A stretch of DNA of 64,000 nt from Candidatus Wolfebacteria bacterium GW2011_GWA1_44_24 (GCA_001001115.1 LCIO01000001.1:6426-70425); one strand, 5' to 3'. Shown: positions 34,296-44,494, counted from the first letter of the stretch. Notes: generated by a model not told the origin, from the sequence alone. Translations and numbers: made by a program.

Positions 34296-35090
34296 TTATT
34301 TAAATCTATAGTACGCCCTATTTTCCACCCTTAAGTCAATATATTCAATTTTCTTTAAATCCTGATTTTTAAAAGATTGAAGCGCTGATAATCCGAAATC
34401 GGGATCAATTCTTATATTAAAATAAATTTTCGGCGATAATTCGGTTTGGACTTCGTAAAGAGCCAAGTCAAGACGAAAAGTTTTTGAATTAAAATCCGCT
34501 TTTTCAAGCAATTCAAAAATTTTTAAAAGGTTTTTAAATAAACTTTCGTCAAGAATCCGGCCGCCAAGCGATAATTCCCCTTGGGACGAATCGATTATTT
34601 TATAAATTATTTCTCCTTCAACTCTCGGTGCTTTCTCAAAAACTATCCCGTTTTTGTCAAACCACCAGCAATTCATTGCGAATTCTTCTTGAGGGCACCA
34701 AATGCCGAATTTTTCTCTTTCTTCAAATTCAATATTTATCTCTCTGTGAAAATAATCTTTTTTTATTTTAAGCCGGAGAATTTGCGGATAATTTTTCGGG
34801 AAAAAATCCGTTTTGTTTTTCCATATCAAGATATTGTCGGCGCCTAAAAAAAACGCAATTTTTGATTGTTCATAAAAAAAAATTTTGATGTCTTCAATCA
34901 ATTTCCCGCTAATTTCAGACTCCGACGGCGTTATATTGATATTTTTTATTCTGAAAGCAGATGAATAAACGACTAAATAGCCGATGCCGCCCGCTAAAAA
35001 TAAAAAAACGGAAAACACCAAATAAATTTTCAGTTTTAAGAACCGTCTTTTTCTTTGACGTTGTTTTTCATCGGAATAATAAAGGTTCAT
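34296..35090 (-). CDS. cell division protein FtsQ/DivIB-like (single TM + POTRA-like)
   Basis: Basic N-terminus, one TM helix, FRIKNINI POTRA-type start, beta-rich C-terminal domain. Confidence 0.5.
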   Translation of the reverse strand: MNLYYSDEKQRQRKRRFLKLKIYLVFSVFLFLAGGIGYLVVYSSAFRIKNINITPSESEISGKLIEDIKIFFYEQSKIAFFLGADNILIWKNKTDFFPKNYPQILRLKIKKDYFHREINIEFEEREKFGIWCPQEEFAMNCWWFDKNGIVFEKAPRVEGEIIYKIIDSSQGELSLGGRILDESLFKNLLKIFELLEKADFNSKTFRLDLALYEVQTELSPKIYFNIRIDPDFGLSALQSFKNQDLKKIEYIDLRVENRAYYRFK

Positions 35091-35098
35091 ATTATTCC

Positions 35099-36325
35099 TT
35101 AGCCGATTTTTTCAAATTTTAAGTACTGTTGAATCGCTTGAGGGACAAAAATAGAACCGTCTTCTTGCTGATAATTTTCGATAATGGCGATTAAAATCCG
35201 GCCGATAGCAAAAGCGGTGCCATTGAGAATGTGGATATGCTCTGACTTTTGGCTTCTATATTTAATATTTAATCTTCTGGACTGAAAATCAGTGGTATTG
35301 GAAATGGAATGGGTTTCACGGTAAGTATTTTGTCCCGGCATCCAAGATTCAATATCGTAGGTAATAGCCGAGGGGCGAGAAAGATCGCCACTGCAAAGCT
35401 GAATCACCCGATATGGAATTTTCAGTTTTTGCATTAAATTTTCCGCCATTTTCAATAAAAATTCCAATTCCTGGCCGGATTTTTCCGGCTCCGCAAAACT
35501 AATCATTTCCGCCTTATCGAATTGATGAACCCTTAAAATTCCTTTTGTGTCTTTGCCGTAAGAACCGGCTTCGCGGCGGAAACAGCTGGAAAAACCGATA
35601 TATCTTCTCGGTAATTCTTTTTCGTCAAAAATTTCGTTGGAATGCATCGGAATGATTGATTGTTCGGCGGTGCCGACAAGATACAATCCATCTTTCTCAA
35701 AAAAATAACGCTCTTCTTTGTCCGCCGCTGAATCTATATAGCCCAAACTTTTCATTATTTCTTCTTTAATCATTACTGGCGGGACAATAGGAATAAATCC
35801 TTCTGATGTCAGATTGTCAAAAACTAATCTTAAAAGGGCAAATTCCAAAAGAGCCGCTTGATTCTTCAAATAGCCGAAACGGCTACCGGAAACCCTGGCA
35901 GCCCGTTCAATATCAATCAAATCCAATTTTTCGGCAAGCTCAAGATAATCTTTTGGCTTAAAATTAAATTTCGGCTTTTCGCCGACTTCGCGGATTACAA
36001 TATTATCTTTTTCGTTTTTGCCGATCGGCACATTTTCTAACGGCAAATTCGGCAATTGTTCAAGAATTTCCTGCCGTTGGGCTTCAACTTGTTTTAAATT
36101 GTCCTCCGTTTCTTGAATTTTATTTTTTATTTTTTTCGCTTCTTCGGCGTTTTCTTTGCCAAATTTTTTCTGGCCGGCGCGCAAATTGTCTATTTCCCCG
36201 ACTGATTCCCGCCAATTCTTGTCTAAAATCAAAAAATCATCAATCAATTTCGGATTGATGTTTTTGGAAATAACGCCCTTTTTAACCAATTCCGGATTGC
36301 TTCTGATTAAATTAATATCAAGCAT
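35099..36325 (-). CDS. serS: seryl-tRNA synthetase
   Basis: MLDINLIRSNPELVKK N-terminal coiled-coil arm. Class II motifs FRREAGS, GTAFAIGRILIAIIENYQ. Confidence 0.92.
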   Translation of the reverse strand: MLDINLIRSNPELVKKGVISKNINPKLIDDFLILDKNWRESVGEIDNLRAGQKKFGKENAEEAKKIKNKIQETEDNLKQVEAQRQEILEQLPNLPLENVPIGKNEKDNIVIREVGEKPKFNFKPKDYLELAEKLDLIDIERAARVSGSRFGYLKNQAALLEFALLRLVFDNLTSEGFIPIVPPVMIKEEIMKSLGYIDSAADKEERYFFEKDGLYLVGTAEQSIIPMHSNEIFDEKELPRRYIGFSSCFRREAGSYGKDTKGILRVHQFDKAEMISFAEPEKSGQELEFLLKMAENLMQKLKIPYRVIQLCSGDLSRPSAITYDIESWMPGQNTYRETHSISNTTDFQSRRLNIKYRSQKSEHIHILNGTAFAIGRILIAIIENYQQEDGSIFVPQAIQQYLKFEKIG

Positions 36326-36326
36326 A

Positions 36327-37082
36327 TTACGGACAAGAAACGGTTGAGGTGGTAAAACTGCCGCCGTTAGAAATCGTTATTTTATAACAAGTGCCGCCCG
36401 GAGAACGCAAAATTAAGCCACCGTTGATCGATACATCTCCAGAAAAATAAGCGTTTCTCCAGCGAGTGCTTGGAGAATAGCCAAAATCATAAATACCGTC
36501 GCTGCCCGGCAAAAGATTGGAATCAAAAGTCGCCGCCGAAACCCGGGCAATCGCCGAACGCAGCGATCTTTGAATTCGCGAATTGGGATTGGAAGAATTG
36601 TAGGTCAGTTGAATATCAACGGAAACGGTGTCATGTCCAGGATATTGAACAAACTTGGAAAATTCCAGCTTGTCGGCTACTACCCGATTATTGGTTAAAA
36701 CGCTGATTTTTTGATTTTGTCCGATTCCTTCGGACATTTTAATAGTACCCGAGTCGTTCCAAATAATAATCGGGTCCCTGTCGGTTGAAGGATTAAAGCC
36801 GGAATCTTTCACCCTCAAAACCAATCTTGAATGGACTGTCCCCAATGAAGCGTCGTTGCTGATATCGTTTGAGACATCGTTGACTATAACAGCTGAAGAT
36901 TCTCTCACCAACCGGGAAATTGTTTGCATTACGAAATTAAGCTGACCGGTTACTTCCATTGATGACGATTCTGTCTGCTGAACCCTCAAAACAGCGGTTA
37001 AAATGCCTATCATCAATCCCGAAGCGACGGCAAAAATAGAGATATAAATGAGAATTTCTATTAAGGTAAAAGCTTTTTTCAT
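36327..37082 (-). CDS. type IV pilin-like protein
   Basis: Class III signal MKKAFTLIEILIYISIFAV (Glu at +5). C-terminal Cys pair (GGTCYKI...TVSCP). Confidence 0.75.
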   Translation of the reverse strand: MKKAFTLIEILIYISIFAVASGLMIGILTAVLRVQQTESSSMEVTGQLNFVMQTISRLVRESSAVIVNDVSNDISNDASLGTVHSRLVLRVKDSGFNPSTDRDPIIIWNDSGTIKMSEGIGQNQKISVLTNNRVVADKLEFSKFVQYPGHDTVSVDIQLTYNSSNPNSRIQRSLRSAIARVSAATFDSNLLPGSDGIYDFGYSPSTRWRNAYFSGDVSINGGLILRSPGGTCYKITISNGGSFTTSTVSCP

Positions 37083-38413
37083 TTTGGTCTTAATGTCGGA
37101 AAGATAATAATTTCTTTTATATTATAACTTTTAGCAACCAGCGCGGCAAGGCGGTCGATGCCGATGCCCAGACCCGCGGCTGGCGGCATGCCGTACTCCA
37201 AGGCTTCCAAAAAATCTTTATCAAAGCGCGGGGCTTCCGCATCGCCGGCCCGATACATTTTTTCCTGTTCTTCCATTCTTTTTCGCTGCTCGACCGGGTC
37301 GTTCAATTCCGAAAAGCCGTTGATTATCTCCGTGCCGTTGACAATAAGCTGAAATCTTTCAGTAAAATCTGGGTCATCGACGCAAGATTTTGCCAAAGGC
37401 GAAATTGATTTTGGATAATGAGTAACGAAAGTCGGTTTGATGATTTTCGACCGGATTTCTTTTTTGAAAATTTCGTCCATCCCTTCGGTTTTAATTTTTT
37501 TAAAATCAAGCTTGGCGTATTTTTTGAAAGAATCCGCGTAAGAAATTTTTTCCCATCTGCCGGGAATGAATTTTTTTAATAATTTTTCGGTGAATTTCAT
37601 CAAATCTTCCCAATTCTGATAAGCCCAATAAAGCTCCAGCATTGTGAATTCGGGATTATGGTCGCGGTCAATGCCTTCATTTCTGAAAACCCGTCCGATT
37701 TCAAATATTTTTTCAAAGCCGGCAACCAACAATCTTTTAAGATAAAGTTCCGGAGCAATTCGCAAATAAAAATCGGTATTCAAAGCATTATGATGAGTGA
37801 CAAACGGCCTGGCTTTGGCGCCGCCGGGAATCGGCTGGAGCATCGGCGTTTCCACTTCGATGAAATTTTCTCCGGCTAATTTTTCCCGCAAATATTGAAT
37901 AACTTCGGAACGTTTTAAAATATTCTCTTTAATTTCTGGATTCAGAATAATATCCAGATAACGCTTCCGGAAACGTTCTTCAGCGTCTTTTAAGCCGTGC
38001 CACTGGCTCGGCAACGGCCTTAAGCTTTTAACGATAATCTGAACGGATTTTGCTTCAATGCTTTTTTCGCCGGCTTTAGTTTTAAAAAGCAAACCGTTGA
38101 CGGCGATAAAATCGCCAATATCCAAATTTTGCTTTAAGACTTTGAAATTCCGAAGATTGTCTTTTTTAAGAACGCTTTGGATTCTTCCGCTTTCGTCGGA
38201 AATATCGGCAAAAAGCAAATTCCCCTGGTCGCGCAAACCGATTATTCGGCCGGTCTCAAAAATTTGTTTTTTAGCGCGGCTTAATGAATCAAAATTTTTA
38301 ATCGCCTCGGCTATTGAAAACGTTCGCTTAATTCTGGCGGGGTAAGGATTGACACCGGCTTCAACCAGATTATTGAGTTTTTTTCGCCTTTCTTTAATGA
38401 TATCGTCCAACAT
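37079..38413 (-). CDS. lysS: lysyl-tRNA synthetase (class II)
   Basis: N-terminal OB anticodon-binding domain. Motifs FRNEGID, ELYWAY, GLGIGIDRL. Confidence 0.9.
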   Translation of the reverse strand: MLDDIIKERRKKLNNLVEAGVNPYPARIKRTFSIAEAIKNFDSLSRAKKQIFETGRIIGLRDQGNLLFADISDESGRIQSVLKKDNLRNFKVLKQNLDIGDFIAVNGLLFKTKAGEKSIEAKSVQIIVKSLRPLPSQWHGLKDAEERFRKRYLDIILNPEIKENILKRSEVIQYLREKLAGENFIEVETPMLQPIPGGAKARPFVTHHNALNTDFYLRIAPELYLKRLLVAGFEKIFEIGRVFRNEGIDRDHNPEFTMLELYWAYQNWEDLMKFTEKLLKKFIPGRWEKISYADSFKKYAKLDFKKIKTEGMDEIFKKEIRSKIIKPTFVTHYPKSISPLAKSCVDDPDFTERFQLIVNGTEIINGFSELNDPVEQRKRMEEQEKMYRAGDAEAPRFDKDFLEALEYGMPPAAGLGIGIDRLAALVAKSYNIKEIIIFPTLRPK

Positions 38414-38426
38414 AACAATAAAAAAA

Positions 38427-38885
38427 TTACTCTATTTTTATTATTTTATATTCGGCTCTGCCTTTTGGCGCGGTGACTTCGATAATATCTCCTACTTTTT
38501 TGCCCAAAAAAGCGCGGCCCAAAGGCGATTCGTTAGAAATCAAATTGGCTTCGGGGCGGGCTTCGTCCGAACCGACAATAGTGTATTTCAAAATCTGATT
38601 ATTTTTTTTCAATTCAACGCTTGAACCAATCTGTACTGAGTCTCTAGCCGATGATTTCTTGATGATAGCGGCATTTCTTAGAACATTTTCTATTTCAATA
38701 ATCCGGCTTTCGACACGAGCCTGTTCGTCTTTAGCCGACGAATATTCAGAGTTTTCCGACAAATCGCCGTATTCTTTGGCGCGTTTAAGCCGTTCGGAAA
38801 TTTCCTGTCTTGCTTCTTTTTTAAGCCGTTCAAGTTCGATTTTCAATTCTTCAAGACGTTCTTTGGTTAAATAATACTTTATCAT
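38427..38885 (-). CDS. greA: transcription elongation factor GreA
   Basis: YGDLSENSEYSSAKDEQ acidic-tip motif. 152 aa. Confidence 0.92.
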   Translation of the reverse strand: MIKYYLTKERLEELKIELERLKKEARQEISERLKRAKEYGDLSENSEYSSAKDEQARVESRIIEIENVLRNAAIIKKSSARDSVQIGSSVELKKNNQILKYTIVGSDEARPEANLISNESPLGRAFLGKKVGDIIEVTAPKGRAEYKIIKIE

Positions 38886-38887
38886 AT

Positions 38888-39613
38888 TTATTTTAGATTG
38901 TATTTATTCATTATCAGCCACAGTTTGATTTTCACCACTTCCCATAAAACCTGAAAATAATCAGTGGCTTTGACTTTGGAGCCGGCTTTATCAACCCAAG
39001 TCGCCGGCACTTCCTTGATTTTATACCCCATTTTTTTCGCCAAAGCCAAAATTTCAACGTCAAATCCAAATTGATTAATTTTAATCAAAGGGAAAATCCG
39101 TTCGGCCGCTTCTTTTGTAAACGCCTTAAATCCGCATTGAGTATCCCAAATACCGGGCAAAAGAAGCGTTTGAATGAATAAATTCCCGAGATTACCCATC
39201 AATCTTTTATACCACGGCTGAGGCGGAATAAGCTGGGCGCCTTTAATATCTCGCGAAGCAATTACCGCTTGATAGTCCTTGTTTAAATATGGAATCATTT
39301 TCCCGAATTGGTCTATTGAAGTGGAATTATCCGCGTCGGTGAATAATCTGATTTCCCCTTTGGCCTCAAGCATGCCGTGTTTAACCGCTCCGCCTTTGCC
39401 GATGTTTTTTTGACGGATTACCCGCAGATTTTTTATTAAATGAGAAAATCTGCCGGCAATATCATAAGTGGCGTCTTTTGAGCCATCGTCAACCACAATT
39501 ATCTCGTAAGAATAATCGACTTTGGAAAGATGTTTATCAATGTCAATTAAAGTCAACGGCAGGCGCTTGGCTTCATTGTAGGCGGGAATGATGACCGAAA
39601 GATAAGGTTTCAT
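38888..39613 (-). CDS. GT2 polyprenol-phosphate glycosyltransferase (Dpm1/GtrB-like)
   Basis: SVIIPAYNE, VDDGSKD, FTDADNS (DxD), QCGFKAF motifs. Confidence 0.8.
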   Translation of the reverse strand: MKPYLSVIIPAYNEAKRLPLTLIDIDKHLSKVDYSYEIIVVDDGSKDATYDIAGRFSHLIKNLRVIRQKNIGKGGAVKHGMLEAKGEIRLFTDADNSTSIDQFGKMIPYLNKDYQAVIASRDIKGAQLIPPQPWYKRLMGNLGNLFIQTLLLPGIWDTQCGFKAFTKEAAERIFPLIKINQFGFDVEILALAKKMGYKIKEVPATWVDKAGSKVKATDYFQVLWEVVKIKLWLIMNKYNLK

Positions 39614-39626
39614 GCAAAATTTTGAT

Positions 39627-40388
39627 TTAATATGTCAATATTTTGGGGCCGGCAATGGTAATCGCGACAGTATGTTCAAAATGAGCTGATAAAGAATTAT
39701 CGGCGGTTGCCCAACTTTCATCCGGCCGCTGGATTATTTTTTCCGAGCCAATTGAAAGCATCGGTTCGATTGCCAAAACCATCCCCGGTTTCAAAAGCAT
39801 TCCTTCTCCGCGTTTGCCGAAGTTATAAACTGTCGGCTCTTCGTGAAGTTTAATTCCGATGCCATGGCCGGTCAAGCCTTTAACGATTTTGAAGCCATAT
39901 TTTTTAGCCGTTGCATTAATGACAAAACCGATATTGCCCAAATGATTTCCCGGCTTAGCGGTTTTAATCGCTTTATCCAAAGCTTCCTTGGTCGCTTTGA
40001 TTAAAAGAGCGGCAATTCTGGAAATATCCCCTATTCCCATAGTCAGAGCCGCGTCAGAATAAAAACCTTGATATTTTACGCCAAAATCAAGCTTTAAGAG
40101 ATCGCCGTTTTTTAATTTATATTCATTCGGAATTCCATGGACAACCACTTCGTTAATTGAAGCGCAAATCGAAGCGCGATACGGATGTTTGGCGCCTGAC
40201 GGCCGATAACCCAAAAAAGCCGGTTCAGCTCCGGCTTCTTTAATAAGTCCAAAAGCTAAACTGTCAAGATATTTCAAATTGACCCCGACTTTTGCCTCTC
40301 CGGAGACCGTTTGAAAAACTTTTCCCAAAATTTTTCCGGAAGCTGAAATTTTTTCGATTTCTTCCGGAGATTTCAACTTAATCATCAA
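39627..40388 (-). CDS. map: type I methionine aminopeptidase
   Basis: VVHGIP, DFGVKYQGFYSD, GHGIG, EPM, FEHT metal-ligand contexts. Confidence 0.92.
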   Translation of the reverse strand: MMIKLKSPEEIEKISASGKILGKVFQTVSGEAKVGVNLKYLDSLAFGLIKEAGAEPAFLGYRPSGAKHPYRASICASINEVVVHGIPNEYKLKNGDLLKLDFGVKYQGFYSDAALTMGIGDISRIAALLIKATKEALDKAIKTAKPGNHLGNIGFVINATAKKYGFKIVKGLTGHGIGIKLHEEPTVYNFGKRGEGMLLKPGMVLAIEPMLSIGSEKIIQRPDESWATADNSLSAHFEHTVAITIAGPKILTY

Positions 40389-41079
40389 TGTTTAATTTTC
40401 TCGCTATATTTTGATGAATTTTATACGGTAATGGAGCAGCGCCTATATTCATCACTTTATATTTTCTTCTCTTAAATTCTTTAATTATCGGTTGGGTTCG
40501 TTTTTTGTATTCTTTTAATCTTGTTTTTATTATTTCCGGCTTGTCGAGCGTTCGCGTCCGCAAATTCCCGCCGCAGAAAGGACAATTTTTAAAATTAGAA
40601 ATTGAAGATTTAAAATTTATAATGGGCGCGCCGCAGATTGAACAAATCAAACGATGGCTGTTTCTTTTAATCGATTCTTTTTCCGAAATATTCAGCTTAA
40701 AAATAAAAACTTTTTTCTGACCGTAAAGTTCTTTTAATATATCAATTACCCCTGTTTGTTTTTTATCTCCAAAAGCCTCATAAAAAGTTCTTGGAGAGCC
40801 GCTGAAAATAATATTGGACTCAGTCAATTTTCGGATTTTTTCGCTTACAATTTTCAAAACCCAAAAAGGAGTGTTTAAAAATCCGGCGTCAAACAACTTT
40901 TTTTCGCGTTGGATGATTTTATTATTTTTATTAGCCGGATCATGAACAACTTGTTCAATATATTTTCCGGTGTCAAAATGAATGAGTCCCAGTTTATCCG
41001 CCAATAATTTTGCCTGTGTTCCTTTACCGGAACCCGGCGAACCCATGACGAGTATGGCTTTTTTATTCAAATCCTTCAT
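40378..41079 (-). CDS. adk: adenylate kinase (zinc-lid type)
   Basis: GSPGSGKGTQ P-loop. Lid CSICG...CPFCGG. Confidence 0.88.
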   Translation of the reverse strand: MKDLNKKAILVMGSPGSGKGTQAKLLADKLGLIHFDTGKYIEQVVHDPANKNNKIIQREKKLFDAGFLNTPFWVLKIVSEKIRKLTESNIIFSGSPRTFYEAFGDKKQTGVIDILKELYGQKKVFIFKLNISEKESIKRNSHRLICSICGAPIINFKSSISNFKNCPFCGGNLRTRTLDKPEIIKTRLKEYKKRTQPIIKEFKRRKYKVMNIGAAPLPYKIHQNIARKLNIDD

Positions 41080-42334
41080 ATTCTCTCATTACCAATTGAG
41101 AGTTAACTTGCTGCATTATTTCAAGCGCCACGGAAACGACGATTAAAAGCGCCGTTCCGCCAATGGTCAGAAATTTTATGCCGGTTACAATTTGAATCAA
41201 ACTCGGCAAAACCGCTATTAATCCCAAAAAAAGCGCTCCGGACAAAGTCAGTCGGCTGATGATTTTTGACAAAGCAATCGTCGTCGATTCTCCGGGACGG
41301 ATGCCGGCGATGAATCCTCCGGCAGTCTGAAGATTTTTGGAAATTTCTTTTGGGTCGAAAGTAACGGCCGTATAGAAATAAGTGAAAACCACCACTAAAA
41401 CAAAATAGAGCAAAGCGTAAATATATTGATTATTGAAAAATTTGGAGACTAATTCGTTGAATTTCAGCGACAAATCGGAGGAAATCACCGAAGAAATCTG
41501 GGCGGCAAATTGCGGAAAAAGCAGAATAGAAATGGCAAAAATAATCGGAATAACGCCGGCTTGATTGACTTTTAACGGCAGATAACTTTGCGCGCCGCCG
41601 TACATTTTCATTCCCCTGACCCTTTTAGCGTAAGCAATCGGTATTTTCCTTTCGCCCTCCTGAATAAAGACGACGCCGGCAATCACTAAAATCGCCACAA
41701 TAACAAAAGCGATATAAGTCGGCATCATGGACGGATCGTAAGAAACGACGATATTTTTAATAGTGACGGGCAATTGGCTGACGATGCCGGCAAAAATAAT
41801 TAAAGAAATGCCGTTGCCGATTTTCTGTTCGCTTATCAATTCTCCTATCCACAGCAAAATCATCGAGCCGGCGGTAATCAGGACAACATTTCTTATGATT
41901 TCAAACAATTCAAGAGGAGAAACAACTCCTTGGGACATTAATAAATTCAAGAAACCGTAACTTTGGAGAGCGGCTAAAGGCACGGTCAAATAGCGGGAAT
42001 AACGGTTGAATTTCGCCCGGCCAGCCGCTCCTTCTTCGTAATACATTTCTTTCAGGGCGGGAAAAATCATCGTTAAAAGCTGCATTATAATAGTGGCGGT
42101 AATATAAGGAGCGACGCCAAGCATCGCAATTGAAAGATTCTCCAGGGCGCCGCCCGAAAATATGCTTAAAAATCCGAAAAGTTGGTTGGAACCGAAAAAA
42201 TCTCTGAGCCTAGCCGCGTTAATATCGGGAATCGGAACGGCCGAAAAAGCCCTGAAACAAAACAATAAAAAAGCGACAACGAGAATTTTATTGCGTAAAT
42301 CTTTGATTTTAAAAAGTTGAAGAATTTTATTCAT
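41063..42334 (-). CDS. secY: preprotein translocase subunit SecY
   Basis: 10-TM protein with SIFSGGALENLSI and LNLLMSQG motifs, in the spc-operon position. Confidence 0.93.
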   Translation of the reverse strand: MNKILQLFKIKDLRNKILVVAFLLFCFRAFSAVPIPDINAARLRDFFGSNQLFGFLSIFSGGALENLSIAMLGVAPYITATIIMQLLTMIFPALKEMYYEEGAAGRAKFNRYSRYLTVPLAALQSYGFLNLLMSQGVVSPLELFEIIRNVVLITAGSMILLWIGELISEQKIGNGISLIIFAGIVSQLPVTIKNIVVSYDPSMMPTYIAFVIVAILVIAGVVFIQEGERKIPIAYAKRVRGMKMYGGAQSYLPLKVNQAGVIPIIFAISILLFPQFAAQISSVISSDLSLKFNELVSKFFNNQYIYALLYFVLVVVFTYFYTAVTFDPKEISKNLQTAGGFIAGIRPGESTTIALSKIISRLTLSGALFLGLIAVLPSLIQIVTGIKFLTIGGTALLIVVSVALEIMQQVNSQLVMREYEGFE

Positions 42335-42753
42335 GGCAGGATTTTGCCGCCGGCAGCTTCAATCTTTTTTTTAGCGCTTTCCGAAATTCCCAATTTTTCC
42401 ACCCGAAAGGATTTATTAACCTCTCCTTTACCCAATATTTTTACCCTTTTATCGGACTTCCTGATAAAGCCGGCCTCTAAAAGAGATTCTTTGCTTATTA
42501 TATCTCCTTTAATTTTTTTTTCTAAATCGCCGACGTTAACAACCGCCGGTTTTGATTCCAACGGCTTGTTTTTAAAACCCCGTAATTTCGGCAAACGCTG
42601 AATTAAATCTCTTTCCGCCGGCCTGATTCGATGGCCGGAACGGGATTTCTGCCCCTTGGTGCCACGGCCCGAAGTGGTGCCGCGCTTTCCACCGCGACCG
42701 ACCCGTTTTTTATTTCTGTTTTTATGTAACGGTTTTAATTGATGTAATTGCAT
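42331..42753 (-). CDS. rplO: 50S ribosomal protein L15
   Basis: RVGRGGKRGTTSGRGTKGQKSRSG motif, operon position. Confidence 0.93.
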   Translation of the reverse strand: MQLHQLKPLHKNRNKKRVGRGGKRGTTSGRGTKGQKSRSGHRIRPAERDLIQRLPKLRGFKNKPLESKPAVVNVGDLEKKIKGDIISKESLLEAGFIRKSDKRVKILGKGEVNKSFRVEKLGISESAKKKIEAAGGKILP

Positions 42754-42757
42754 ATGG

Positions 42758-43201
42758 TCAAATTTTTATTTTTTTAAGCGCTTCTAAAGTCGCCAAAGCG
42801 TTCGTCAATTTATTTTTTGTGCCTCCCAGACACTTGGCTGTCGCGTCCCTGACGCCGGCCAAAAGAAGAACCGTTCTGGCCGAACCGCCGGCTTTCAGGC
42901 CGTGTCCGCTTTTGGCGGGTTTTATCAAAATCCGAGCGGCGGAAAATTTGGCGTCAACTTCATGAGGAATGGTTTTATTTTTCAGTTTTATTTCAATCAA
43001 ATTTTTTTTGGCGCTTGTTTTGGCCTTATCAACGGATTGAGCCACATCCAATCCTTTGCCCACGCCGATGCCGATGCGGCCTTTTTCATTGCCGATAACG
43101 ACAGTGGCGCGAAAACGCATGCGTTTGCCGCCGGCCATTACCCGTGTGACGCGCCTTAAATCCAAAACTTTTTCTTTAAATTCGCTTTGTTTCTGTTGCA
43201 T
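42758..43201 (-). CDS. rpsE: 30S ribosomal protein S5
   Basis: RVTRVMAGGKRMRFRATVVIGN motif. Only 4 nt before rplO, so no rpmD lies between them. Confidence 0.93.
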   Translation of the reverse strand: MQQKQSEFKEKVLDLRRVTRVMAGGKRMRFRATVVIGNEKGRIGIGVGKGLDVAQSVDKAKTSAKKNLIEIKLKNKTIPHEVDAKFSAARILIKPAKSGHGLKAGGSARTVLLLAGVRDATAKCLGGTKNKLTNALATLEALKKIKI

Positions 43202-43208
43202 AATAAGT

Positions 43209-43562
43209 TTACAACTTCAATCCTCCCTTTCTGGCCCCCTCGGCAATTGCTTTTACTCGACCGTGATATTTATAAAAACTTCTGTCAAAAACCGCTTTCT
43301 CAATGCCTTTTTCAACGGCTTTCTTGGCAATTAATTCTCCTAATTGCTCGGCCAAAACCGTTCTTTTATCTTTCTTCTTTAATTCCCGCGTTGAGGCGCT
43401 TGCTAGGGTGTTGCCTTTCTCGTCGTCTATCAGCTGAATACAAGTATAACGATTGCCGCGGAAAACCGAAAGTCGCGGCTTGCTGGCAGTGCCGAAAATT
43501 TTTGCTCGCGTCCGCATTTTTCTGCTTATTCTTTTTTGATTTAATAATTTTCTTTTATTCAT
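43209..43562 (-). CDS. rplR: 50S ribosomal protein L18
   Basis: PRLSVFRGNRYTCIQLIDD...YHGRVKAIAEGAR. Confidence 0.93.
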   Translation of the reverse strand: MNKRKLLNQKRISRKMRTRAKIFGTASKPRLSVFRGNRYTCIQLIDDEKGNTLASASTRELKKKDKRTVLAEQLGELIAKKAVEKGIEKAVFDRSFYKYHGRVKAIAEGARKGGLKL

Positions 43563-43564
43563 AA

Positions 43565-44110
43565 TTATTTGGCTGTTGCCGCCGCCTTTTTGCCCTCTTT
43601 CCTTCTGATGATTTCTCCCCGATATTTAATTCCTTTACCCTTGTACGGTTCGGGTTTTTTCAGAGACCTGATCTCCGCGGCTGTTTTTCCGACCAATGCC
43701 TTATCAATGCCGGAAACTTTTATGATATTTTTTTCAACCGAGATTTTTATTCCTTCCGGCGGAATAAATTTTACCGGATGGGAAAAACCGATATTAAACG
43801 TTAAATTGTTCCCTTCCGCCGAAACTTTATACCCCACTCCTTCTATTTCCAATATTTTGGAAAAACCGTCTTTTACTCCTATAATAGCATTCTGAGCCAA
43901 AGCTCTTGTCGTCCCCCAATTGGCTTTTGCCTGCCGAGAATCATTTACAACATCAAAAGAAAGCGTGTTATCTTTCAATTCCGCTTTTATAAAAGGTAAA
44001 ATCTCAACTCTTAAGGAACCGTTTTTTCCCTTAAATTCCAAGACATTGCCATGAATTTTTATTTCAACCTCTTGCGGTATATTTATCGGTTTTTTGCCTA
44101 TTTTGCTCAT
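43565..44110 (-). CDS. rplF: 50S ribosomal protein L6
   Basis: SKIGKKPI...GVGYKV...PEPYKGKGI. Confidence 0.93.
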   Translation of the reverse strand: MSKIGKKPINIPQEVEIKIHGNVLEFKGKNGSLRVEILPFIKAELKDNTLSFDVVNDSRQAKANWGTTRALAQNAIIGVKDGFSKILEIEGVGYKVSAEGNNLTFNIGFSHPVKFIPPEGIKISVEKNIIKVSGIDKALVGKTAAEIRSLKKPEPYKGKGIKYRGEIIRRKEGKKAAATAK

Positions 44111-44113
44111 ATT

Positions 44114-44494
44114 TTACCAGATTTCAAATAACATCTCTCCGCCGACTTTTTCTTTTTTTGCCTCTTTATTGGTTAAAACTCCTTTCGGCGTTGAAACCAC
44201 CGACATTCCATAACCGCGTTTGACCGGCTTTATTTTTTCATATCCGACATAAATCCGACGGGAAGGCTTGCTGATAAATTTCATCCCGTTAATTGCTCCC
44301 TTGCCGTCAATATATTTCAACTTAACATCCAAAATCCGTTTTACACCCCGCCCTTTTTTTTCAAAACCGTCTATATAATTATTGGCGCTTAAAATTTTAA
44401 CAATCGCTTCGTCAATTTTTGAAAAAACGGCCTTGATATTTTCTTTTTTACCCATTTGAGCGTTTTTAATTTTAGTCAGAAGATTAATATACAT
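44114..44494 (-). CDS. rpsH: 30S ribosomal protein S8
   Basis: The internal start MYINLLTKIKNAQ matches the S8 N-terminus. The longer track ORF overlaps rpsZ. Confidence 0.9.
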   Translation of the reverse strand: MYINLLTKIKNAQMGKKENIKAVFSKIDEAIVKILSANNYIDGFEKKGRGVKRILDVKLKYIDGKGAINGMKFISKPSRRIYVGYEKIKPVKRGYGMSVVSTPKGVLTNKEAKKEKVGGEMLFEIW

